NCBI GenBank assembly: GCA_038087875.1
Contig: CM075987.1
Coordinates: 26,042,001 to 26,106,000, forward strand
Origin: Malacoraja senta
Lineage: Eukaryota
Length of the DNA: 64,000 nucleotides
Direction: 5' to 3'
Part shown: positions 49,198 to 62,507 of the stretch, in pieces
How the letters are laid out: every line of letters starts with the position of its first letter
Position numbering within the stretch: the stretch's first letter is position 1
The notes under the pieces: model-generated
The model's database searches: none
The model's input: the letters and a program-made list of their open reading frames with translations, nothing else
Told to the model about the DNA's origin: nothing
Program-made: the position numbers and the translations under genes

Positions 49198-52084
49198 CAC
49201 TTGCAAATAATGTGGATGGTTTAATTTGTATTCTTGACATGAAAAATAATTAAGACAGTTCTTTTTCTCAGCTGAAACGAGCTGAATCCTTTAAATTGGA
49301 TTTAAGCTGTTCCATGAATACTTTGGAAAAATAGTTGAATTTAGCAAGTTATATTAATCATGCCTATTTTTAAGATAACCAGTCCCTGCAAAAATACCGC
49401 ATTGCCGGGAAATGGGAAAATGTACAATAATTCTCTACCTGCCGCCGATAATTGCGAGATATGAAACAAAAAAAACCCAACCATTCCGCACATAAGTATA
49501 GATACTTACTGGGCTCCATGTTCTATCGGGTCCCGAAGAACTAATTTAAGGAAGGTGAACATCAATTCAATTTTCTCTCTGTTAGGAAGACTCTTTGGAG
49601 AATGGAATGACATAACGGTGAAGTGATCTGTTGAGAGGCTTTAGCAATCACCAGGTCTTAGGGGAAGAGGAGACCGTCTCTTGCAGCCTCTATCCACAGA
49701 GGCATCTCTGGGGTGCAGGACCTGAGTTTCTGTCGGAAATAGCAGATATTAAATCACTTCTGTTGACACGGCCGATACAACCACCAACCCCTCAATGAAT
49801 TAACCGGTAGATAATAAATGGCTGGCATTTGAAATGACAAGACGGTGATTAAATACAGCACTTCTGATGTCATGGTTTTAGTTTAGTTTTAACTGGGATT
49901 GGGATTGGAATACTTTAATGTGACTTGTGTCAAGTCCCAGTGAAATTCTTTGCTTGCAGACCCAAGATCAGCCAATAGTGACCACATAAACGTCGCTGAC
50001 AAAGTTACAAATGTCCCCCGTCGGGTCCCCCTTGGACTCCCACCCCCTTCCCCCTCCCCCCCTCCCCCTCCCTTCCCACGCAGGTCACAGGGAAAACGTA
50101 CAAACTCCGTACAGACAGCACCCGTAGTCGGGATCGAACCCGGGTCTCCGGCGCTGCATTCGCTGTAAGGCAGCAACTCTACCGCTGCGCCACCGTGTCG
50201 CCCCTCGTGGTCAATGGTTGAATTGTACTTTATTGCCATATGTACCCAAATACAGTGACATTATGTTTTTTGCAGACAGTACTGTGATAACCTTATTACA
50301 TTAGGCACAAGCATACTAAGCACAATAGAGTAAGACAGACGATCATAAGTCCATAAGTTACAGGAGCAGAATTAGGCCATTCGGCCCATTAGGTCTACGC
50401 CATTCAGTCATGGCTGATCTATCTCACCCTCTCAACCCCATTCTCCTGCCTTCTCCCCCATAACCCCCGACACCCATACTAATCAAGAATCTGCCTTAAA
50501 AATATCCACTGATTTGGCCTCCACAGCCTTCTGTGGCAATGAATTCCACAGATTCACCACCCTCTGACTGTAAAAACTGCTCCTCGTATCCTTTTTTAAA
50601 GCTAGGTCCTTTTATTCTGAGGCTGCGCCCTCTGGTCCTGGACTCTCCACTGGCGAAGGTTAAGTGTAATTCGGTGAGCGGTTGCAATTCGTATTTGCTT
50701 ATTAACTCTGTGACAAATGACAGCCCTCGCTATAGATAAATAAGCGTGGATTCTGACACGGGAGACAAGTGATTTTTTGTTAGAAAGGAGACAAGATGTT
50801 TCATACTGTGTGAAGATGTGTAAAGACCGTGTTGTCCTTCCGCTGCTTAGCAACAGAGAAAGAGGCATTGAAATGTGATGTTGAAATATCCACACACCAC
50901 AGAGAGAGAATAGAGGATTCTTCGTATGCCCAGTCCACAAATATCAATACTTTCTCTAAGAAATAGTAGTTATTGTTAGCGCACCATTAAAATGTCTCAA
51001 TGCCATTGAATGAAGCACCGGAACATTGTGTTTGCTGTAGGGAGATAGTAAAAGCTGGAGTAACTCAGCGGGTCAGGCAGCATCTCTGGAGAAAAGGAAT
51101 AGATTACTTTTCGGGACGAGACTCTTCTTCAGTCTGATCAGAGGAGAAAGTGCAAGCTCCATACGGACAGCATCCGTGGGAAGGCGGGTGGAAGCCGGGG
51201 TCTCTGGCGCTGTAAGGCAACAACTCCAGCGCTGGTTTATACAGAAGACGGACACAAAAATGTAAACATAATCCATTGGTCGGCACGGTGGCGCAGCGGT
51301 AGAGTTGCTGCCTCACAGCGCCAGAGACCCGGGTTCGATCCTGGCTACGGGTGCTGTCTGTACGGAGTTTGCACGTTCTTCCTGTTACCCCGTGGGTTTT
51401 CTCCAGGTGCACCGGTTTCCTCCCACACTCCAAAGACGTGCAGGTTTGTAGGTTAATCGTCCTTGGTTAAAAAACAATGTTTTAATTGTAAATTGTCCCT
51501 AGTGTGGCCCAATTGTCCCGAGGATTGTGCTAGTGTAATGTGTGATCATTGGTCAGTGTGGACTCGGTGGGACGACGGGCCTGTTTCCACGCTGTAATTC
51601 CACTCTGGAATTTAGAAGGATGAGAGGGTATCTTATTAAAACATATAAGATTGTTAAGGGCTTGGACGCGCTAGAGGCAGGATACATGTTCCCGATGTTG
51701 GGGAGTCCAGGACCAGGGGCCACAGTTTAAGAATAAGGGTAAGCCATTTAGAACGGAGACGAGGAAACACTTTTTCACACAGAGAGTGGTGAGTCTGTGG
51801 AATTCTCTGCCTCAGAGGGCGGTGGAGGCCGGTTCTCTGGATACTTTCAAGAGAGAGCTAGATAGGGCTCTTAAAGATAGCTGAGTCAGGGGATATGGGA
51901 GAAGGCAGGAACGGGGTACTGATTGGGGATGATCAGCCATGATCACATTGAATGGCGGTGCTGGCTCGAAGGGCCGAATAGGCCTACTCCTGCACCTATT
52001 GTCCATTGTATCTCTAAACTAAACTGGGAGCTCAACTGGAGACACATCAGTGCATAAAATCACAGACAGTGCTATTTAATCTAG

Positions 52085-52682
52085 AACACTGATGCAATCA
52101 TAAAGAAAGCACATCAGCGCCTCTACTTCCTGAGAAGATTACGGAGAGTCGGTATGTCAAGGAGGACTCTCTCGAACTTCTACAGGTGCACAGTAGAGAG
52201 CATGCTGACCGGTTGCATCGTGGCTCGGTTCGGCAACCTGAGCGTCCAGCAGCGGAAACGACTGCAAAATGTTGTAAACACTGCCCAGTCCATCATCGGC
52301 TCTGACCTCCCTACTATCGAGGGGATCTATCGCAGTTGCTGCCTCAAAAAGGCTGGCAGTATCATCAAGGACCCACACCATCCGGGCCACACACTCATCT
52401 CTCCGCTGCCATCGGGTAGAAGGTACAGGAGCCTGAAGACTGCAACAACCAGGTTCTCCCCAACAGCTTAAACACAACTTCAAACAAACTCTTAACTATA
52501 ACAGCCTATTGCACTATATCTGTGTATTTATGTGTGTATTATATATATTCTATGGTATGTGGTCACACTGATCTGATCTGTATTTATGCCTACAATATTC
52601 TGTTGTGCTGAAGCAAAGCAAGAATTTCATTGTCCTATCTGGGACACATGACAATAAACTCTCTTGACTTGACTTGACTTAA
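52085..52682 (+). mobile_element. Rex1 LINE 3' fragment
   Basis: KKAHQRLYFLRRLRRV...PSGRRYRSLKTA; (CTTGA)n tail. Confidence 0.9.
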
Positions 52683-55034
52683 TATGCAGACATTAGGAAG
52701 TGCCCTGACCCGTACCATCACCGATCTGTCCCCCAAAGATGCTACTCTTGCCGTTTTGAAATGAAATTCTGTTCATTTTTCTTCCTTTTCGCTGAATTAC
52801 TCCAGCACTTGGTGCCATTTAACATGAGATGCTTCGCAATTTTGGTTTAATTTCACATCTTGATCTCCTCACATTTTAGCTACCAATCCGCATCCAAAAA
52901 GTATACAACGATGGATGAGCAGTAATTGGACCTCTCCGTACACACTAAGGAATCATGCTCTACGCTAAGCGAAATTTGTTAATACGGATAAGTGGTTTAA
53001 AATATTTATTGAACCATCTCAACCCTTCTCTATGCTAATACACGTTGCAGAAATTATTTAATTCCATCTTGTACATGATTATTCCTATCCCCCGGGAATT
53101 GAAAGACATCCCAAGAGAGGATTATGAATTAAATTGTTTCCCTTCAACAATACTTCTTGTACAAGCTTTGCTTTATTTCTCTTCATGCCTGTTGGTTTTG
53201 AGGACATTTTGCCTCCTTGACTCAGCAAGCTGTCTTCAACAGTACAAAGTGATTCTTTCCAAGAGTCTGTCTGTACGGAGTTTGCACGTGACCCCCGTGG
53301 GTTTTCTCCCAGTTCATCAGGTACCTCCCACGCTCCAAAGACGTACAGGTTTGCAGGTGAATTGGCTTGGTATCAATATTTTTAAAAAATTATCCCTCGT
53401 GTGTGTAGGGTAGTGTTAATGTGCGGGATCGCTGGATGGTGCAGACTTGGTGGGCCGAAGGGCCAGCTTCCGCGCTGTATCTCTAAACTAAACGAAAGTT
53501 CTCCATCACTCAATCAGAAGGAGCACATCTTAGAACGTCACGCTGCAAAAGGACAGTTTCACACAGAGTTATGGCCAACACAACGGAGAATTTTGGAGTT
53601 TTACTTCATCTAGAAAGGGGTTTCGGACGAGGCAGAGCATGTGTGCTTTGGTTTAGAAAATTGATGGTCACACATGTGTAAATAAGCGTTGGGATCAACA
53701 ATGTGTTATGAAGCTGGTTTGAGCCAGTGTGTGGGCGACCACATTTCATAGTCTCTTTCATTCTGAGGCAATCAATGTCTGAGTCCGAGCTTTTTACTCC
53801 TCTTGTGAATACCAGGAGCATATTCACTTTAATTAGTTTAGTTTTGTTTAGAGATACAGCGCGGAAACAGACGGTTCGGCCCACCGAGTCCGCGCCGACC
53901 AGCGATCCCCGCACACTGACACTGTCCTACACACACTGGGGACAATTTACAATTTTTACCAAAGCCAATCAACCTATAAATATATACGTATTTGGAGTGT
54001 GGGAGGAAACCAGAGCATGGGGATAAAACCCACGCAGGTCACGGGGAGAAGGTACAAACTCCGTACAGACAGCACCCGTAGTCAGGATCGAACCCGGGTC
54101 TCTGGAGCTGTAAGGCAGCGACTCTATCAGTGGTGACCAGAAAGACGCTACGACTCTGGGCGACTGAGGAGACTAATCATGACCGTACAGGTGACACCCT
54201 GGCGACATGTCGCGGGATGAAGCCTGTACGGTCGTGAGTAGTCGCCCAAAGAGTCGTACCTTGTTCTGGTCGCCGCTGGATTTTCAACATGTTGAACATT
54301 TTTGGTCGACCTGCTGCGACTATGACGGCAGCCGGCAAATCGCTGAAAAAATCGCGTAAGTGGGACAGGCCCATCAGTCTGAGGAAGGGTGTCGACCCGA
54401 AACGTCACCTATTCCTTCTATCCAGAGATGCTGCCTGACCCGCTGAGTTACTCCAGCATTTTGTGTCTATCTTTGGTGCAAACCAGCATCTGCAGTTCCT
54501 TCCTACACAAAGACTAAAGTATGTTTTGCTTGCTTCTCAGCTGGGTGGGCACTTCATCTTGTAAAATGTATAAGGTCCGAACCAAAGCGATCTGTTGCAA
54601 AGCCACAGAAAATCTTGGAGGAAGCATTCTAATAAATGGTGGACGGAGGAAACAGCAGAAATGGTGTGCGTAGAGGAGAATTAATTAACCAATTAAAATC
54701 TTATTTGCTCTTGGCCTGAGGTGATACCTCAGATTTAAACCCATTTTGAACAAATCTTGCAACAATTCACGGGTTGCATCTTTCAAAGTCACTGCAACTT
54801 GGCTGAAGCCAAATTGGTTTCTTTTCTTGAGCTTATTTCCATTTAAAGATGTTGAATGAGATTAACTATTGCGACTCCGTTATAGGAATGAATGATGTGA
54901 TTATGTTATTTACTACAAAAGCAGCGAACGGGTGCAGTATTCCCTGAACTGTTTAACACGGACGACACGGTGGCGCAGCGGTAGAGTTGCTGCCTCGCAG
55001 CGCCAGGGACCCCGAGATTCCAACCTGACACTCA

Positions 55035-55066
55035 GTCTGAAGAAGGGTCTCGACCCGAAACGTCAC
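55035..55066 (+). ncRNA. Minimal hammerhead ribozyme motif (representative plus-strand copy), predicted cleavage after C55064
   Basis: GT-CTGAAGA-A-GGGT-CTCG-ACCC-GAAAC-GTC-AC. Confidence 0.65.
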
Positions 55067-55446
55067 CCATTCCTTCTCTCCGGAGATGCTGCCTGCCCCG
55101 CTGAGTTACTCCAGCATTTTGCGTCTTTCTTTGGTGTAAACCGGCATCTGCAGTTCCCTCCCACACACATCATAGCAACGTGAAGAATAACACAATTTCT
55201 TAAGATTGTCTAATTCACTGGAGTGGTTCTGCGAAGCAATTCTCTGAATTATCTTTATGTCAATCTGATGTTGATTCCTCTGTTAGTTTAGTCCCCAAAG
55301 AAGTCTTGCAGCACATTGTTATCTGGAACAGAAGCAGGAAAGTACTACTGCACTTAAATGTAATGTAAGCAAGCTCTCACTTTTCCATTACATTGTAATG
55401 CAAGGCCTATTAAAATAATTTAGAAGCTAACTGAAATGTCAGGGAC

Positions 55447-55687
55447 TCTCACCCACTTCCTCCCTCTCTCCCACTCTCCCTCTCCCTCTCCCCCTCCCAC
55501 GCCCTAGCCCTCTCTCCCTCTCTCCCTCTCCCTCTCTCCCTCTCCCTCCCCTTCTCTCCCTCTAGCGATCCCTCTCCCTCTCCCTCTCTCCTTCTCCTTC
55601 TCTCCCTCCCTCTCTCTCTCCCTCTCTTTGTCCCTCTCCCTCTCCCCCAAATTTCTTCTATTCTCCCATTCTTCCTCCTCTCTCTCC

Positions 55688-55738
<51 letters not shown>

Positions 55739-55970
55739 TCTCCCTCTCTCCCTCTCTCCCTCTCTCCCTCTCTCCCTCTCTCCCTCTCTCCCTCTCTCCC
55801 TCTCTCCCTCTCTCTCTCCCTCTCTCTCTCTCCCCCTTTCTCTCTCTCTCTCTCTGCCCCTTTCTCTCTCCCCCTCTCTCTCCCCCTTTCTCTCTCCCTC
55901 TCTCCCTCTCTCCCTCTCCCTCTCCCTCTTCCTCTCCCCCCCCCATTGCTCCCCATCCCTCTATCTCTCT
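55447..55970. repeat. About 520-bp polypyrimidine tract, (CT)n / (CCCTCTCT)n
   Basis: Almost all C/T on plus strand. Confidence 0.97.
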
Positions 55971-57130
55971 ATCAAAGTGTTGAATGATTGGAAAGGCTGC
56001 ATGTAGGCAGATGCAGCACAAGTTGTGGGAAGAACCTGATCTCCACCATCTAAACCCATGGCAGGTGGACGATAGTTGTGCCAGTAAAGACTGGCCAAAT
56101 GCACGAACGAATCCATGCAAACAGTGGTTCAGTTCAGATCAATTTAGTTACGAGATACAGCATGAAAGCAGCCCCTTTGCCCCACCAAGTCCGCACCAAC
56201 CAGCGATCACCCCAAACACTAACACTATCCTGGGGACAATTTATAGTTTTACCAAAGCCAAATAAGCTGCAAAGCTACACGTCATTGGAGTGTGGGAGGA
56301 AACCGGAGCACCCGGAGAAAACCCACGCTGTGAGCCTGCAAACTCCGTACAGACAGCACCCGTAGTCACGATCAAACTGGGTTCTCTGGCGCCGTAAGGT
56401 GGTGTCTCTGGCGCTGCGCCACCGTGTGGTTAAATTGTGTTTACGGGGGCAGAACCTCTTTGAACCTGCTGCCTTGTTTCCGCCTTCCCGAATGGATGCG
56501 GGAATCTGCCAGGGAGAATTTAAGATCTGGAGACATGGATCATCCAATGAAGTTAAAACATGAGGAGAGGGGACATCGACTTCCAAATCTGAGCACCAGT
56601 GACCTTGTCAGAGATGTCAGAGGTCATGGGGAGAAGGCAGGAGAATGGGGTTAGAAGGGAGAGATAGATCAGCCATGATTGAATGGCGGAGTAGACTTGA
56701 TGGAGCGAATGGCCTAATTCTGATCCTATAACTTATGATGTTATGACCTGCTGAGCTGAAACACTGAGAAGGTTATCAATGGAGGATAACTATCGATCAC
56801 AATGCGCATTGACACAAAATGGTGGAGTAACCCAGCGGGACAGGCAGCATCTCTGGAGAGAAGGAATGGGTGACGCTTCGGGTCGAGACCCTTCTTCAGA
56901 CTGAGAGTCAGGGGAGAAGGAAACAAGAGATATAGACGGTGATGTAGAGAGATATACTGTGGAACCAATGCATGAAAGATATGCACAAAAGTTACGACGA
57001 ATAAGGAAACAGGACATTTTTAGCTGTTTGTTGGGTGAAAACGAGAAGCTGGTGCGACTTGGGTGGGGGAGGGATGGAGAGAGAGGGAATGCCAGGGTTA
57101 CTTGAAGTTAGAGAAATCAATGTTCATACC

Positions 57131-57333
57131 GTGTAGGAAAAAAACCCTGCAGATGCTGGTTTAAATCGAAGATAGACTCAAAATGCTGGAGTAACTCAGC
57201 GGGACAGGCAGCATCTCTGGAGAGAAGGAATGGGTGACGTTTCGGGTCGGTCTTGACCCGAAACGTCAACCATTCCTTCTCTCCCGAGATGCTGCCTGTC
57301 CCGCTGAGTTACTCCAGCTTTTTGTGTCTATCT
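57131..57333. mobile_element. Penelope-derived fold-back nested in a Penelope fragment (56808-57385)
   Basis: Inverted arms meeting inside hammerhead stem II; 14-bp TSD TCAATGTTCATACC (57117-57130, 57334-57347). Confidence 0.85.
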
Positions 57334-57871
57334 TCAATGTTCATACCACCCAAGCGAAATATGAGATGCTGTTCCTCCAATTTGCGTCGAGCATCACTCT
57401 GGAAACTGTTGTGCCGTTCGACTGGAACCGGAAGATCAAGCTCCAGTCCTGGCGTGCGTTGAACATTCCTTTTTCCATTTGAATTTGTGAAGCTCTCGAC
57501 CGATACCAGGGGGACCATCTGTGTGCCACATTAGTTCCATGAGCAGCAGGTTGCAAACGAGCTGCAATCAGTTGTTTACTTGGCCGCCCTTCTGATGGTT
57601 TAGCAATGTCGGGATTTTGAGATCTGGCAAGTCCACGGGCTCGCGACAGGATGGAAATGGTACCAACAACAAGGAGGCCACATCAAGCAAAACGTGACGG
57701 ATGCAATGCTTGCATCATGAAATAAGGTTCAAAGTGAATTCATGTCTTGTCTTTCTGCTGAATGGATAGCACTCAACAATGGACAGCGTCTGTGGAATTC
57801 TCTGCCTCAGAGGGCGGTGGAGGCCGGTTCTCTGGATGCGTTCAAGAGAGAGCTATCTCGAGATATCTCGA

Positions 57872-58395
57872 GGCCGCAGCAAGACTCCTGACGGGCACCC
57901 GAAAAAGGGACCACATCACCCCGATCCTGGCCTCTCTCCACTGGCTCCCTGTGCGGTTCCGTAGACATTTCAAGATCCTCCTCCATGTCTACAAAGCCCT
58001 CAATGGGCTTGCCCCCACCTACATAAAAAGTCTTCTCACCCACCACTCCACCTCCAGGTCCCTCTTATCGGCCGACTTGGGGTTGCTGAATATCCCACGG
58101 TCTAGGCATAAGCTCAGTGGCGACCGGGCCTTTGCGGTTGCAGCTCCTAGACTGTGGAACAGCATCCCCCTTCCCATCAGAACTGCCCCCTCCATCGACT
58201 CCTTTAAGTCAAGACTAAAAACTTATCTATACTCCCAAGCCTTTCTTGACGTCCTCTGAGTGAGGGCTATATGTATATATGTATGTAGTTTGTTTTGTTT
58301 ATGCTATTCTTATAACAAATGTAAAGCACTTTGGCCAACGAGAGTTGTTTTTGAAATGTGCTATATAAATAAATGTGACTTGACTTGACTTGACT
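57872..58395 (+). mobile_element. L2 LINE 3' fragment, third young copy
   Basis: AARLLTGTRKRDHITPILASLHWLPV...FKSRLKTYLY; (GACTT)n tail. Confidence 0.92.
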
Positions 58396-58416
58396 TTGTG
58401 GTGGTTATCCACTTTG

Positions 58417-59197
58417 TGAGGTTATCCACTTTGGTAGCAAAAACAGGAAGGCAGATTATTATCTAAATGGCGTCAAGTTGGGAAAAGAGGAAGTACAACG
58501 GGATCTGGGGGTCCTTGTACATCAGTCTATGAAAGTAAGCATGCAGGTACAGCAGGCAGTGAAGAAAGCAAATGGCATGTTGGCCTTTATAACAAGAGGA
58601 ATCAAATATAGGAGCAAAGAGGTCCTCCTGCAGTTGTACAGAGCCCTAGTGAGACCACACCTGGAGTATTATGTGCAGTTTTGGTCCCCAAATTTGAGGA
58701 AGGACAGGATTACAAGGTTAATTCTCGGGATGGCAGGACTGTCGTATGCTGAGAGAATGGAGCAGCTGGGCTTGTATACTCTGGAGTTTAGAAGGATGAG
58801 AGGCAATCTCATTGAAACGTATAAGATTGTTAAGGGCTTGGACACGCTAGTGGCAGGAAACATGTTCCCGATGTTGGGGGAGTCCAGAACCAGGGGCCAC
58901 AGTTTAAGAATAAGGAGTAAGCCATTTAGGACGGAGATGAGAAAACACTTTTTGTCACAGAGAGTTGTGAGTCTGTGGAATTCTCTGCCTCAGAGGGCGG
59001 TGGAGGCCGGTTCTCTGGATGCCTTCAAGAGAGAGCTAGATAGGGCTCTTAAAAATAGCGGAGTCAGGGGATATGGGGAGAAGGCAGGAACGGGGTACTT
59101 ATTGGGGATGATCAACCATGATCACATTGAATGGCAGTGCTGGCTCGAAGGGCCGAATGGCCTACTCCTGCACCTATTGTCTATTGTCTATTGTCTA
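58417..59197 (+). mobile_element. CR1 LINE 3' fragment
   Basis: RDLGVLV, LVRPHLEY, RVVSLWNSLP; (CTATTGT)n tail. Confidence 0.92.
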
Positions 59198-59525
59198 TAA
59201 CAAAAGCATTTCACTGCAAGTCGGTACACGTGACAATTGCGAAATCATCACCAACTTCCAAGATGGCACCCAACCCAGGCAACTATTTGTGAGCTGACCT
59301 ACAATCACATATTACACTTGCGCCACACTCCTACGCTGCGGATGGCTCGATTGTAATCACGTATTGTCTTTCCGCTGACTGGTTAGCACGCAACAAAAGC
59401 TTTTCACTGTACCTCGGTACACGTGACAATAAACTAAACTGCACACGGCCTACAGCGGCGGAGGCTAACTACACCACAGCTGACAATAAACTAATCTAAA
59501 CTATACTGAACTGATACATTTTTAA

Positions 59526-59780
59526 GGTAGACAAAAATGCTGGAGAAACTCAGCGGTTGAGGCAGCATCTATGGAGCGAAGGAATGGGTGACGTTTCGGG
59601 TCGAGGCCCTTCTTCAGTCCGAGGGTCACCGGGCACCATCACAAACCATGTTCATACAAACCTGCCCCAGCAAGAAAGCAATCATTCCTTTTCTCCATAG
59701 ATGCTGCCTCACCCGCTGAGTTTCTCCAGCATTTTTGTCTACCTTCGATTTTTCCAGCATCTGCAGTTCCTTCTTAAACA
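59526..59780. mobile_element. Penelope-derived fold-back with a captured 65-bp spacer
   Basis: Perfect 14-bp TSD TGATACATTTTTAA (59512-59525, 59781-59794). Confidence 0.85.
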
Positions 59781-60863
59781 TGATACATTTTTAATGTTAT
59801 TCCTGCATAGGAAGAAAAAAAAAAACAATTTGTGCAATAAGGCCAGACCTGAACCTCCTTGATATAATTCTCTCTCCAGGATGGGTTGGAAGTAAATGTC
59901 ACCCATCTCGATGACTTTAAACTGCTCATGTTCTGGTTTCAGTTTTAATAATGGACCATCTTTGGAGGATCAGGAGATGAGTCATTTGGGATATGTGTGG
60001 GAAGGAACTGCAGATGCTGGTTTAAACCGAAGACAGACACAAAAAGCTGGAGTAACTCAGCGGCTCAGACAGCCTCTCTGGAGAAAAGGAATAGGTGACG
60101 TTTCGGGTCGAGTCCCTTCTTCAGTTCTCCTGATAGAATAAATTTGCTGTTGACAAGCCTGAAGCAATATCTTTAATTTGAAAAGTTAATTTTGTTTCTC
60201 CAGTGATGCTACTGACATGCTGATTTTTTCCCCCCAACATTAAAAAAAATGTTTTAATTCCAGCATCTCCAGTTTAGTGCTTTAAGACTTCAGAATTTAC
60301 TTTAGAGATACGGCTCTGAGACGGGGCCTTTGTCTCACCGAGTCCGCGCCGACCACGATCACCCCCGCACACTAACACCATCTTACTGTATATATTAGGG
60401 ACAATTGTATAAGTTGCAATTAACCTACAAAACCTGCACGTCTTTGGAGTGTGGGAGGAAACCGGAGATCTCGGAGAAAACCCACACAGGTCACGGGGAG
60501 AAGGTACAAACTCCGTACAGACAGCAATCAGGATGGAACCCAGGTCTCTGGCGCTGTAAGGCAGCAACTCTACCGCTGTGACACCCATCTCACAATGGCA
60601 ATGACAAGGCATTGAGAGACAGTAGGACTGTCCCTGTTGAATGAAATTAACTGAAAAAATGCTGAGAACGAGTTTGATATTTAACATCTCCCAGTCCTTC
60701 ATGTACATCCACTGCATAATTATGTGGTGATGTGACTGAAAGGGTTTGAATTTGAAATGACTGCATCGTTTGATTTTTCACATGAGAAGGGCAAAGAGTT
60801 TGGGATAAGAAAGCAGTATTTTAAATGTGTCTGGATTTCCTTCAAGATTCAACTTCTCAGTAA

Positions 60864-61169
60864 AGGGCCTGTCCCACTTACATGTCTTTTATCGGCAACT
60901 GCCGACACCCGTCATAGGTCGTTGCAGGTCGCCGAAAATGTCCAAGTAGTCGCCCAAAGGTACGACTCTTTGGGCGACTACTCACGACCATACAGGCTTC
61001 ACCCCGCGACATGTTGCCAGGGTGTCGCTTGTATGGTCCTGAGTCGTCTCCTCAGTCGCCCAAAGAGTCGTAGCATCGCCGCTGAATTTTCAACAGGTTG
61101 AAAATTTTCGGAGACCTGCATCGGGTGCCGGGAAGTCGCCGAAAAAGTTGCGTAAGTGGGACAGGCCCT
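60864..61169. mobile_element. Harbinger-like MITE, 306 bp (partial relatives near 44680-44862 and 54135-54372)
   Basis: Perfect TIR AGGGCCTGTCCCACTTAC; TAA TSD on both sides. Confidence 0.85.
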
Positions 61170-62507
61170 TAAATGTTCATTCAGCAAAGCCTTACTCCAT
61201 AGATCTCCTGTTCAGCTTCACGTTCTGACATGCAGGGAATGACCAACATACCTGAAAGCTGCACTTGCATTGTCTGTTCACCTGCAGCGAAAGATGGCGC
61301 AGCGGCCGAGTTGCTGCCTCACAGCGCCGGGTTCCATCCTGACCACGGGTGCTGCCTGTACGGAGTTTGCACGTTCTCCCTGTGACCTGCGTGGGTTTTC
61401 TCGGGGATCTTCGGTTTTCCTCCCACACTCCAAAGACGTACAGGTTTGTAGGTTGATGGGCTTGATATAAATGTACATAGAAACATAGAAACTAGGTGCA
61501 GGAGGAGGTCATTCGGCCCTTCGAGCCAGCACCGCCATTCATTGTGATCATGGCTGATCGTCCCCTATCAATACCCCGTGCCTGCCTTCTCCCCATATCC
61601 CTTGATTCCACTAGCCCCTAGAGCTCCATCTAACTCTCTCTTACATCCAATGTAAAGTTATCCCTAGTGTGTGTAGGATAGTGGTTAGTGCGGGGATCGT
61701 TGGTCGGCACGGATTTGTTGGGCCGAAGGGCCTGTTTCAGTGCTGTATCTCGAAACTAAACTAAACTAGACGTGCTTTTGCTGCTCGGCCACTGGCGACC
61801 ATGCAGTAAACTACAGGAAGATTGTGTAAGCAATCGGATACACTAATTATATTTGAAGCTTAATTTCCACTGCCTTCAGGTGGAAATATTCAAAGGAAAT
61901 TGTGCACAATGATCTTTAATCCTTTCCTTAAAAACAATTGAGCCCAACGGAATTAGGAGTAATCAATATCTTGCTACTCAGACTTGACATCTCATTTTAA
62001 CTTAATTGAGTTAAACTTAATTCAGACGAGTTCCCACCTATTAGTAAGCCACAATTTATTACGGTAAATGTGTTTTGCTAAATGAAAATCTGAATGACTG
62101 ATTGCATTATTGAATGATTGATGGCATGTTGGCGCAGCGGTAGAGTTGCTGCCTCACGGCGCCAGAGACCCGGGATCGATCCCGACTACGGGTGCTGTCT
62201 GTACGGAGTTTGTACGTTCTCCCCGTGACCCTGCGTGGGTTTTCTCCGACATCTTCATTTTTTCTCCCACACGTGCAGGTTTGTAGGTTACTTGGCTTAA
62301 ATGTAAATTGTCCCAATTGTGTGTAGGATAGTGTTAGTGTGTGGGGATCGCTGGTCAACGCGAAAAAGGTGGGCCGAAGGGCCTGTTTTCGTGCTGTATC
62401 TCTGAGCTGAACTAAAAATTATCAGTCAAGAATGTAGGAAGCTGTGTAGGAAGGAACTGCAGGGCTCGGCCGGACACGGCACCGCTCCAAGAGTCCGAGC
62501 GCATTGT

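Noticed and set aside
49586..49806. Good splice acceptor TTTTCTCTCTGTTAG
   Set aside because: Stops in all three frames within about 40 nt; no supporting gene structure
55449..56120. 223-aa Glu/Arg/Gly-rich ORF
   Set aside because: Translation of the CT microsatellite
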